DNA from: Chrysemys picta bellii
Lineage: Eukaryota
Assembly: GCF_011386835.1 (NCBI RefSeq)
Contig: NC_088803.1
Span: forward strand, 51,522,001-51,586,000
Direction: 5' to 3'
DNA length: 64,000 nt
A program made the translations under genes and the position numbers. Of the stretch, positions 26,227 through 37,812 are shown piece after piece. Below the pieces are notes generated by a model. It worked only from the letters and a program-made list of their open reading frames with translations, was not told the DNA's origin and made no database searches. The stretch's first letter is position 1. Every line of letters starts with the position of its first letter.

Positions 26227-26526
26227 GGCCTGGTCTACACTTTTGGGGGGCGGGGGGAGGAAATCAATCTAAGTTTCACAACTTCAGCTATGTGAATAAC
26301 GTAGCTGAAGTCGACGTACTTAGATCTACTCACCGTGGTGTCTTCACTGTGGGAAGTCGACAGCTGACGCTCTCCCATCAACTCCACCTGCGCCTCTTGC
26401 CCTGGTGGAGTAGTCATCGGGAGAGCGCTCGGCGGTTGATTTATCGCGTCTAGACTAGACGCGATAAATCGACCCCCACTGGATCGATCGCTGCCCATCC
26501 ATCCAGCGGGTAATGTAGACAAGCCC
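26227..26526. mobile_element. Harbinger/PIF MITE (hairpin family)
   Basis: TIRs ggcctggtctacac / gtagacaagccc, 3-bp TSD TGA, internal palindromes. Confidence 0.85.
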
Positions 26527-28604
26527 TGAGAGGGAGAATTTTGGTCAGGAAACAAGTTTTCCCTTTAATTTAAAAAAATATTTATTTTCCGTAGAATCAG
26601 GAGAAATGGCTTTTGGTTTAACATCTTGTCTTAAGGATGGCAATTCTAATAACACACCAAATGGAATAATATATTACAATCTTACAGTAGTGGACAACTG
26701 AAGCAGGGGAATGCCAAACAATATATGGCACAGAATTGATCTAGTTACTGCACAGGATTCCAGAAATTCTGTCTCCGTAATTTGGGATTTTGAATTATGA
26801 ACATATCTTTTGGGGGGTCCTGATGGTAGCAATCAGCAATAAAGAGAAATAATTATGAATAATTGTTGCAAATGAGATAAGCAAGATATTAAGAAAGCAT
26901 AAATTTAGCTGTGGGGCTTTTTGTTGCGCGGGGGGAGGGGAGGAGGGAGGGAGGGAGAGAGTTGTCTACAAATCTTCCAAACTGCAGACAAACCTTACAA
27001 TAAAATTTCTTCTGTAGACACTGTGATGCTAAATGAAATGGGTTCCCTTTATCACTGACTTGGAGTGCATATTCAAAACTAGAGTGGAAATAACATCATT
27101 GATATGAATATGTTACATGATAGGTCTAATGCATATTAACTTTGCATAACAGGTTTTTTTCCTATATCATCTAGGCATTTGTCAGTGTTTAGCAGTGACA
27201 GTCGACAGACCAGATTTATACTTTTGAAAAAGTTTTAATCTTTCTCCATTGGGAATTTGTTTGGAGTTTATTTAGATTTTCAAACAGGTTTTTTTACAAA
27301 TTTATGCAGGAAATGCATGTACAAACCAGGGTAGTGTTAAATCTGTACATCACTTTTTCAGGTGGGGAAGCGGGAGGGGAGCTAACATGTATTAGCAAGG
27401 AGAGAATTCTAAAAATGTAAAACAATGAAAATTTACCTCAGTGAAACTAGATAGATGACTTGAGACAGTAATGCCAAAGTTTTTGTAGTGTTGCTGGATA
27501 ATTTTTTTTAAAACACTCATTTTATATAAATGTATTTATAAAATTATTTATTTTTGCAGTTTTTGTTTAAAAATGCAGCTCTGTTCATTATGCATATTTC
27601 ATTTCTTGGTGCTATTCCTCATTTAGAGATTTGCCATGTATCGCTGTTGGTAATGATCTTGGTAATCTGGTCAATGATCGTTTCCTTGTTTACAGATGCT
27701 GCTATTTCTACGTGTTGTAAATATTTAATATTAGCCTTTTTATTTAGAGCAAATAGTTTGTACATTTAAACTTTGTCATTTAGACAAAAAAATGCATTGT
27801 CTGTCCATACCAAGGTTAATGTATTGTTGACTAAATATACGTGCTTATAGGTATGTGTTTAACAGATAGTGCTGTGAAACTCTAAAATGAAACTGTATTA
27901 AAGTTTTTCTAATGATGCTTTTATTTGTCAAGTTTTTAGTTTATAGATGCAGAATTAAAAATATATGGATATTTGACAAAATATTTAGTTTTTAATAAAA
28001 TTATAACTGCACAAATTATTGTCCTGTGTCTGTTCAATCTTAAGTAAACAGAGTTTCTTAGCTGGAAAAATGTGTCATCTGCACCGAGATTCACTTTAAT
28101 ACCCAAAGCAGTAAATTTGAGGGACATTTATCATAAAACGTTTTGGATCTGTTATTTGAAACAGAGTTTGTATCTGAATTTAACATAAGACTTTCATATC
28201 TTTCTCTTGGTAAGCAGAAATAGTTAAAATGGTTTAATCTATTTTAACCATTCTCTTAAAGCTTTTGTACCTGATTTTTTTCATACTGTTAGGTATCCAA
28301 ATACACTCATTATTTGCATGAATTTGCTATGATAGTGCACCCAAAGTGGGGTAAATGGACATTTTGTACATGGGTTTGCCTGGTTAACTCCTGCAAATGT
28401 ATACCTTGGCTTTGAAATTGGGGACTTCTATGTCTGCAGTAACACATGCAATGTTGCAGTGTAATTTATTTAGCTTCACAAGCTTAAACCATATGTTGTC
28501 TGGACAATAAGTTGAGGGAAGCCCTCCAAGGGGCATCTTAGTATTGTAGGAAGTAATGTGTACAGTAAGTGGCATTCTTACCTCTGAGTTTCACATTTTT
28601 TTTT

Positions 28605-28938
28605 TAAATAATTCTTGGAACACTGGGGAAGTTCTGGAACTCTGGAAGAAAACATATGTGATGCCAGTATTTCCAAGGATAAGCAGGATGACATGGGTAG
28701 CTATAGGCCTGTCAGCTTGATGTCTATCCCAAGAAACTAAGGGAATAGCTGTTATGGGACTTTTTTAATGAAGAGTTAAAAAAGAGTAATATAATTAATG
28801 CCAGTCAACTTTGGTTAACAGAAAACAAATCGAGTCAAACTTGATATCTTTATTTTAAACGCGATTACAAGTTTGGTTGATAAAGATTATAATAGTGTTG
28901 GTGAAATATACTTAGATTTTGGTAAAATATTTGACTTG
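28605..28938 (+). mobile_element. CR1 RT-region fragment
   Basis: Decayed YRPVSL...YLDFGKIFD (consensus YLDFSKAFD) motifs. Confidence 0.75.
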
Positions 28939-29452
28939 GGAATTAATTCAGGAAAGTCCTATGGTTTGAATTATACAGGATGACAGTAATCCCTTCTTTT
29001 CTTGCCTTTGTAATCTACAAATCAGAATTGAAACCGTATCACAGAATGGTGTTGGGGGCACTTAATTTCTGTGAGTACTCCCATGGCACTAAGTATAGGT
29101 GGCATCCTGGCTAATTGTAACTCTGTTAACTACATTCTGCTTACGTAAAGTTCTGCCGTTGAAACACCAGCAATTTTTTTCTTCGATTGCTATTCCAAAC
29201 AGCCCCGTACTGTTGTTGTGACTTACTCCGGCCTTTCAATTTCTGTTCTATGTTACCTCTTCTGAATAGCTCCAGTACCTATTTCTGTTGCTGGTAAGAG
29301 GTTTCTTGGTGGACAGTGTGAAACTGATTTACAGTTTCATTGTTGTTGTCAGGATTCTGAATAGTGAAACTAACCATAGTCTTGTCAGCTTGACTCCACT
29401 TAAATGCCAGCAGCAGCAAAGGCGCTTAGAACTGTCTGTCTTTGCAGACTCA

Positions 29453-29764
29453 GCTCTGGTCTACACTGGGGGTGGGGGGGGGGAGGGAGGAGGGAATCGA
29501 TCTAAGTTGAGCAACTTCAGCTACTTGAACAATGTAGCTGAAATCGACGTACTTAGATTTACTCACCACGATGTCTTCACTGCGGTGAGTAGACTGCTGA
29601 CTCTTCCCCGTTGACTCCACCTGCTCCTCATGCTCCGGTGGAGTACCGGAGTCGACAGGAGAGCGCTCAGTGGTCGATTTATCGTGTCTATACTAGACAC
29701 GATAAATCGACCCCCGCTGGATCAATTACAGCCCGTCGATCCAGCAGATAATGTAGACAAGTCC
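29453..29764. mobile_element. Harbinger/PIF MITE (hairpin family)
   Basis: TIRs gctctggtctacac / gtagacaagtcc, 3-bp TSD TCA, same body as the copy at 26227. Confidence 0.85.
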
Positions 29765-31276
29765 TCAGGAAGGCAGTACTGTATCAGTTCTCATTTAGAA
29801 GGTTCTCTTTGCAGCTTCAAGGATTACACTTGATTTTTCTTAAGAACATTTTAAATTCTGCAGAAATGGATAGCTTCAGCACTCCTTCACACACCCACTG
29901 GGGAAAATTTCCTACACCCCGTCGGTAAGAGGATCAAGACCTGCATTTATTTATAGTGTATTTCACCAGTAAATTACTATTAATGACATTTTTTTAGGTG
30001 ATGGTGAAAGCTAATCCAAAATGTAACAAATTTGCTGTTAATTTGAGGCATTTTCATTGAAAGGACCCAATTTGTTTTGAATTAGTATGCCATACTAGGT
30101 CAGCATTTTCTTAAACTGATTTGGTTAACTGTACATGAGAAGGAACACCACCTGTTCACAAAGGTGGACCTGCAGGAGCCTTGTTTACTGCATCTGTGAC
30201 TACTTTAATTCCTGTAAATAACCACCTCTGAAGGAATCCAACAGAGCTGGATAGCTGGGAACGACATAAGGATTGTATTAAGTTACGTATGTTCGGTTTA
30301 AATTGTTAAACAATACTGAAAATAGCCTTGGAGCTATGGGAGGTTTAGATGACCTTGGCTGATCTTACCTGATCTGCTGATAGCTTGCTTACCTTGTCTA
30401 GATTCTGTAGTATTTGGGTTATGGTGATCCTGTGGTGTGCAAATGTTTTGTTTGTATAACCTATTGTTAGTAGTCAAGCAGCTGAGAGATCTTATCCCCT
30501 ATTCAAATTGGTAACAGATTATCATAAATATCTTTGTCCTTCACAATATTCAAACGTGCTAAAGATTGCTTATAAAAGAAATAGACTGGGAAGCGTGTTA
30601 GATACGATACAAAGGCAAAATATTTTTCATCGCAGGCAAGTTGGAAAAATAAAATAGACTAGAATACCTTTCCATTCTCTAGTTTATTTCAACAGTGCTT
30701 TACAAGTAAGAAGTTAAATACTGGTAGCACAGTGACTATGCAAGCAAGCTGTTGCTATTGTTTTATCAACAATAGCTGGCGCAGAGCAATGGATATTAGA
30801 ACGTGCTTTATTGAGAGAGAATGGTGCCGGGAACTCAGGTGTTATATTTTTCATTTATTTTGCACTTTTCATCCCATAGGTTCCCAAAGCAGTTTGCATG
30901 CATGTTTGTAATCCCTTTAAACTAACCTTAGGAAATTCTACTTGACTGGAGTGGGTAATCTTTTCTGACAAGTGAATAAAATAGTCTTTGTGTTTTTCAT
31001 TATTATCATTATAGTCACCATGGTACAGGTGGATGAATAGGTTTTGTGCTTGGACTAGTAAATTTTCATGACAGTTTTCCAGGGCTGCTTTAAATAACTT
31101 CAGGGTGGAACACACAAGCTATAGAACACAACAGAGCAACAGTTTGGGACAAGATATGAGGACTGTTAAGTTCAAAGTGCTGATTTGAGGAGATTTAGAG
31201 GTAGATTTAAAAATAACTGCCCCATTTGCTGGAGCAGGAAACTATACTTTGGATCTTCTCTCTAAGTGGTCAGGAC

Positions 31277-31582
31277 TAGAGCCAGCCAGAGGATGACAAT
31301 TCTGTTTCATGGCAATATTTGAGTTGTTGAAATTTGATTTCATTCCATGTTAGAACGAAAACAAAATTTTCCAAATGCTTCCACAAAGTGGAATTGTGTT
31401 AAAATGTCCATTTTTCTTATCGAAAAGATCAGATTTTCAATTTGGGCATCTCTCTCTTGTCAGAAATTACCAGAAAGCCCTGGACCTTAGAAAACTGATA
31501 AGTCTCTGAAACATGGACTCTTCGAGTTAACAACATATTTCAATGAAAATATATTTAGTCAAAAATGTTCCAACCAGTTCTT
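31277..31582. mobile_element. Old AT-rich DNA-transposon-like element
   Basis: Termini tagagccagcc / ccaaccagttct resemble a decayed TAGAGCTGGTT-type inverted repeat. Confidence 0.35.
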
Positions 31583-33415
31583 GTTAGGACCACTTTTGTG
31601 CATTATCTGGAAAATGGCATGTGGCAGCCCAGCACAATTCTGGGGCATTTTTTTTCAGGAGAGTGTCTGCACTGTGTTTGCATGAGGAATCAAACCTAGT
31701 TCCCCCTCTCGTTGTGTTTGCTCTGCAATGCAAATAAAAGTAAATTTTTAAAAATAACTGGTCACCAGAGTAAGCTGATGAAACAGGCCTGCTGAGTAAA
31801 AAGATGTCATTTTAAAGTAGTTCATTTTTTCAGAGTACAATTGCACTTGAAGGGCGCGAGTCTGAGATGCTGAGAGCTCTCAGTGTTGACTTAGCTAGTG
31901 GGATCTTTGCAGGATGTAATATTTGAGTAAGCAGCTTATCATTTAACTCGGTACCTTCAATGACATAAGACCATAATAGACATTAGACTTCCCTTGTTTC
32001 CTTCACTCTTCTACATGCGGTGCTTCATTTGAAAACACAATGCTGGTTTGCCATCTACCTAGAACAATAGCATATTTAAGCCCACCAAGGTTTAAGATGT
32101 CAACTAGAATTTGCTTTTATTGAATGCAAACCAGTATCCTTAAGATTAAGAATCCAGTTCCTTACTAGCAGTAAAACTGCTTTGGGCAAAGATGATCATT
32201 GAAGTGGGTAATATTTAACATATAGTAATGGCAACCAAGAAAATTATTAATGAGAAGATATCAAATGCTACATGCACAAGGACAATGACCTCCAAATGTA
32301 TAGTGCGTGGGTTCCATTAAGGAATATCAGATCTTCTGTTTTCCCCTGCTTTGTTTTGCATGTTCCACTTTCATTTTTATTTGGAGGGGGAAACATCAAC
32401 ACAGCTTCTATGTGCACTCTGCTGGCAAATTAGACCCTTAGGCTGTCAATACTGTATGTGTCCCTAGAGTCCAGTTTGAGTGCACTTTACCTCTAAAAGG
32501 ATGGCAAAAGGAGAAATATTGACAGCACAGGAATAACTTATAAAAATTCATTCTCTTCCAAATCATTCCGGAGAATGTGATAAGAAAATTAATCTAACAA
32601 AGATTATACAATTTGGACTGTGAACACTCTTTCAAGAACTGCGCTTTAATTCAACATTTTGTATCCGCTTTTTGCTACTCTCTATACTTGCAGCAATAGT
32701 AATACTACTTTAAAGATGGTTACTGTTAAATGCTTGCATGGTGAACTCTATATTTGTTCAAGATGCCCCTCAATCTTTGAACATTAATGGAAATACTGCC
32801 ATGGTACCTGGTTTATTATAAACTGCATTTCACTCATTCGTTTTACTTAGGGGTTTAAAGAGAAATTCTGCATACTGCTATCGACATGTCACATTTGTGA
32901 TCCTCTCTTCACAGCCAGTTATTTCTGACCTGATTCTGCATGTAGCTGTTTCAGTACATCAAGGCATTGTCACTAACTAGAACTATGCTTGAATTTCAGA
33001 TCTCTCTGTTGGCCAACTAATTCCTGAAAATAATTTAGCATTATAGCAGATTATAGTCCCCTTTTGTTTTGTACTTTAACAGACATTAAGGAAATTGGGT
33101 CATTCTTTTGCTGTTGCTAAATATTTGACAGCCTGGTGTACTGTCTTATCAACAAGTTTCTCTGGGGGAGATACTTGAAGTTCCCAGCTGTGTTGACACA
33201 GTATAAGTACCCTAGTTAAAATCTGCCGCTTAATAAGGCAGACATTAGAAAGACAGTGTAACATAATTGAACTTGTTAAATGTTTTCCTTATGCGGAGCG
33301 TAAAACAGTGGGAATGTGGTCGGACAGCAAAAACATTAATGAACATTAAGCAAGAAAATGGATTATTTGAAATGTTTTAAGTTGTAACCTGCTTTCTTGG
33401 GTTGCTCTTTTTCAG

Positions 33416-33591
33416 TAAACGAATTCACAGTCATCAGAAAAAAATTCAAGTGCCCATACTGCAGTTTCTCAGCCATGCATCAGTGTATCCTGAAGAGACA
33501 CATGCGATCCCATACAGGAGAAAGACCCTATCCTTGTGAAATCTGTGGGAAAAAATTCACACGCAGGGAGCACATGAAACGGCACACCTTG
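33416..33591 (+). CDS. ZBTB46: ZBTB46 canonical zinc-finger exon (176 nt, phase 1 to 0; two C2H2 fingers)
   Basis: Acceptor ctttttcag|TA and donor TTG|gtaagt. C(12510)+TA gives Leu, then NEFTVIRKKFKCPYCSFSAMHQCILKRHMRSHTGERPYPCEICGKKFTRREHMKRHTL, with a canonical TGERP linker. Confidence 0.95.
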
Positions 33592-34197
33592 GTAAGTAGG
33601 AGCGTTTGAAGTCGTTGGAAAATAGAAAGATGGTTTGTTGTGCTTAAGGAGAAAAGGAATTTCACCTGACTTAGATTTGTGTTCTGTTTTTCCCCTGGTG
33701 CTCTTCTGAGTCTTTTATGGAATGCAAAAGACCTCTGTCCTGTTTTCTCCACTTTTAAAAGTCCCAGGGTCTTGCTTATTGTTCCTCTGGAGTTATTCAA
33801 CAATGGGTCCTCCAACTCAGCCAGAGTTGTTGCTGAAGAACAATTTGAAGTGGTCTGCACACCCTGTTTAGTGCTCCTGGCCCCAAAGTGAGGGACTGAG
33901 CTGGAATCTCAAACCTCACTTCCTATTGCACGAAACTATTTTTTAATGCAACATAGACTGCTGTGGAGGACCTATTAGACTTTGGTGCTTCAAGGCACAA
34001 GAGACCATGTTATTTTTAGTATCAAAAATGTTGGCCTAATAGGCTGAATAATTAGGAACAAATTTTTTTGAAGTAATACATCACCCAGTAAAAGCAAGGA
34101 AATTCTGTTCCAGGACTACCGCTATCCTGTTGCGCTTAATTATCATTTAATACATAATTTCATTAAAGATTGCTTGCTGTTCAGACAGCTGCTAGAA

Positions 34198-34508
34198 CAG
34201 GGATCGGCAACCTTTGGTATGCGGCTCGCCAGAGTGGGCCGGGTCAGTTTGTTTACCTGCCGCATCCACAGGTTCAGCCAATCGCAGCTCCCACTAGCGG
34301 CGGTTCGCCGCTCCAGGCCAATGGGGACTGCGGGAAGCCGCGGCCAGCACATCCCTCAGCCCGCGCCACTTCCCGCAGCCCCCATTGGCCTGGAGCAGTG
34401 AACCATGGCCAGTGGGAGCTGCGGTTGGCCGAATCTGCAGACGCAGCAGGTAAACAAACTGGCCCGGCCCACCCCGGGGAGCCGCGTGCCAAAGGTTGCC
34501 GATCCCTG
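34198..34508. mobile_element. hAT (Charlie-like) MITE, same family as 3881-4198
   Basis: TIRs cagggatcggcaacctttgg / ccaaaggttgccgatccctg and flanks tgctagaa / tgcttagaa. Confidence 0.85.
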
Positions 34509-35176
34509 TGCTTAGAAGGTCAATATGTGCTGTTGTAACTTGCTGGCTTGTCTCAACTGAAGCATTGTTATAAACACATGATATTGTGTGTGCATTTTTT
34601 TGTCAAATTTCCTTCTTTGGTGGTAGTATTTTCCCTTCCATGCATTTGTTAGCATCATTTCTATAGACTTGCACTTGACAAGCCTTCACCTTGATGGTGT
34701 GGGGTGATATTGTGGGATAGTCCAGATTACATGAAGTCCCATCTGGTGATAGTGAAATTAGATATCGTTGTTCATACTCACTAGCTACTTTTTCAAAACC
34801 TTAATATCCTGGCAATTTCTATTTATCATAATAAATTCAGTACACACAAACTAGAAGTGCTAGAATCTAACACTTGCCAAGTTTATTTTGATTTTATTTT
34901 TAAGCAGAATGTTTGGGCTAGTATTTGACACAAAGGAATCTAAAACTAACTCGCATTTTTCTCCAACAACAACAAAAAACCCTTGAAACAGTTTTAGTTT
35001 AAAAAGAACAAATTTTATGTCAACTTCTAGCACAATAGTTTCAACAGCCAAGACCAGCACTGTCCCTCTCCCCTTAAATCAGGTCTGTAGCAAAAACACC
35101 AGTTTCAGCTTTAATTTTAGGGATGGTAGCAGCTTCATAATAATACTTTCTCATACATCAACTGGTTTGTAACACT

Positions 35177-35472
35177 GGCCTAGTCTTCACTTACCGGCTG
35201 GTCCGGCGGCACGCCATCGATGTTCTGGGATCGATTTATCGCGTCTGGTTAAGACGCGATAAATCGATCCCGGATCGATCCCGGAAGTGCTTACAGTCAG
35301 CGCCGGTACTCCAGCTCGCCGAGAGGAGTACGCGGCATCGACGGGGGGAGACTTCCGGCCGCGTCTGGACCGTGGTAAGTTCGGACTAAGGTACTTCGAA
35401 TTCAGCTACGTTATTAACGTAGCTGAATTTGCGTACCTTAGTCCGAAGTCCGGACTAAGTGGGGACCAGGCC
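35177..35472. mobile_element. Harbinger/PIF MITE (hairpin family, opposite orientation to 26227 and 29453)
   Basis: TIRs ggcctagtcttcac / gtggggaccaggcc, 3-bp TSD ACT, CpG-rich, perfect 20-bp inverted repeat at 35227-35271. Confidence 0.85.
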
Positions 35473-36430
35473 ACTGTGGGAGAGAAAGGGAAAAAGAGAG
35501 CTGGGCAGATAAATCACTGAAAAAAATTATTAGAGCCTGTTCAATAACTTGCTTGTTTTTACCTTTCATCACCTTTTTAATTTTGAATTTGCAAATAGAT
35601 ACAACTATTAGAGAATTCAGTGGAATGTATTGTCTTCAGAAACAACAGTTCTTGATTGTGGGCTGTAAGACTGACTAAAATCTTCCAGGCTAAGAAAAAC
35701 CCTTACCTTAATGGGTTTTGACAGATAGGAGCTGGAGACAGCTTTTCCTTTTAAATGATGTGTATTCCATGTGAAGTACATGTAAATTAAGGTATCACAA
35801 AAGATTAAAGATAAATTTAGACTGATTTATGTTTTACTGGTTATAATTCAAACAGCAGATATCCACAAAGGAATCCTCTCTCCCATCACCAAATTTTGAA
35901 TAGGTGATTTAAAATGATAATTCAAGTTAAATATAACACATTTGAATATCCTGAAATATCCTGCAAGGTTTTTTCCTGTTGTAATGGATAGTTTTAAACA
36001 GGTTAAATGTAGCATATTTTTATTTTCTCTTGCACAGGAAGCAAACTACATTGTCTTTCAGAAGTGAATTGAGAGAGTTTTGTACAAATCCATCTTAGAT
36101 CTCCATTTTTGCTATAAGGAAGGCCCATCAGGTCACTACCATGGTGTACTGAAATGGAGTTAAAATTGTTTTAGTATATACATGGGGAGGTGTATCAGAC
36201 ATCTCTGTGAGATCTATAACTTTTCTTCATATGCAGTTGAGCCTGTCCCTCGGAATCCAGTTATTTCTTGTTGTTTTGAAAGTGCCAACTGAGTGTGCAG
36301 ATTTGTAGGGCAAGGAATAAAGTCCTGAAAAAGTGTCACATTGGAATAAAATGCATTACTACTTATGTTATCAAAGTTATTCCAAAGAATTTATCAGTTT
36401 AGTTATAAATCGGTTAAAGGTTGGGTTAAC

Positions 36431-36517
36431 AATCATAGAAATGTTGGGCTGCAAGGGACCTCGAGAGGTCAAGGCCAGCCTCCAGCCTGAGGCAGGACCA
36501 AGTAAACCTAGACCATC
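36431..36517 (-). mobile_element. CR1 3' end (left half of a copy split by an LTR)
   Basis: aatcatagaaatgttgggctgcaagggacctcgagaggtc is a reverse-complemented CR1 tail and continues at 37398. Confidence 0.8.
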
Positions 36518-37397
36518 TGTCAAGGTTCCTTCCCCACTCTGAATTCTAGGGTACAGATGTGGGGACCTGCGTGAGAATCTCTAAGCTTAACTACTAGCTT
36601 AGATCTGGTTTTGCTGCCACCACCCAAATTATTTGAGTCATTTGGGAAACTCTGTCTACCACCCTCCCCCCAGAATATATCCCTCCCAAGAACTATAACC
36701 CTTCCATGGGTAGCCTTGAGAGACTTCTCCACCAATTTCCTGGTGAACACCGATCCAAACCCTTAGATCTTAAAACAAGGAGAAAATAACCATTCCCCCT
36801 CCTTTCCCCCACCAATTCCTGGTGAGTCCAGATCCAACCCCCTTGGATCTTAAAACAAGGAAAAATCAATCAGGTTCTTAAAAAGAAGGCTTTTAATTAA
36901 AGAAAGAAAGGTAAAAATCATCTCTGTAAAATCAGGATGGAAAATAACTTTACAGGGGAATCAGATTCAAAGAGCCCAGAGGAACCCCCTCTAGCCTTAG
37001 GTTCAAAGTTACAGCAAACAGAGGTAAACACTAGCAAAAGGAACATTTACAAGTTGAGGAAACAAAGATAAAACTAACACACCTTGCCTGGCTGTTACTT
37101 ACAAGTTTGAAATATGAGAGACTTGTTCAGAAAGATTTGGAGAACATGGATTGATGTCTGGTCCCCCTTAGTCCCAAGAGCGAACAACCCCCAAAACAAA
37201 GAGCACAAACAAAAGCCTTCCCCCCACCAAGATTTGAAAGTATCTTGTCCCCTTATTGGTCCTTGGGGTCAGGTGTCAGCCAGGTTACCTGAGCTTCTTA
37301 ACCCTTTACAGGTAAAAGGATTTTGGTGTCTCTGGCCAGGAGGGATTATAGTATTGTACACAGGAGGGTTGTTACCCTTCCCTTTATAGTTATGACA
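36518..37397. mobile_element. Solo LTR (880 bp) inserted into CR1
   Basis: TGTCA...TGACA termini, a perfect 5-bp TSD CCATC (36513-36517, 37398-37402), and an internal direct repeat of about 55 bp (ccaccaat..ggatcttaaaacaagg). Confidence 0.88.
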
Positions 37398-37812
37398 CCA
37401 TCCCTACCAGGTGTCTGTCCAACCTGTTCTTAAAAACCTCCAATGACGGGGATTCCACAACGTCCCTTGGAAGCCTATTCCATATTTTAACTACATGTAT
37501 AGTTAGGAAGTTTATCCTAATATCTAACCTAAATCTCCCTTACTACAGATTAAACGGTTTACTACTTGTCATACCTTCAGTGGACATGGAGAACAGCTGA
37601 TCACTGTCCTCTTTAGAACAACCCTTAACATACTTGAAGCTTATCAGGTTCCCCCTCAGTCTTCTTTTCTCACGACTAAACATGTCCAGTTTTTCTAACC
37701 TTTCATCATAGGTCAGGTTTTCTAAACCTATCATCATTTTTGTTGCTCTCCTCTGGAGTCTCTCCAGTTTATCCACATCTTCCCTAAGGTGTGGTGCCCC
37801 GAACTGGACAGT
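37398..37812 (-). mobile_element. CR1 ORF2 C-terminal fragment (right half)
   Basis: ORF 37543-37776 reads DKLERLQRRATKMMIGLENLTYDERLEKLDMFSREKRRLRG. Confidence 0.88.
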
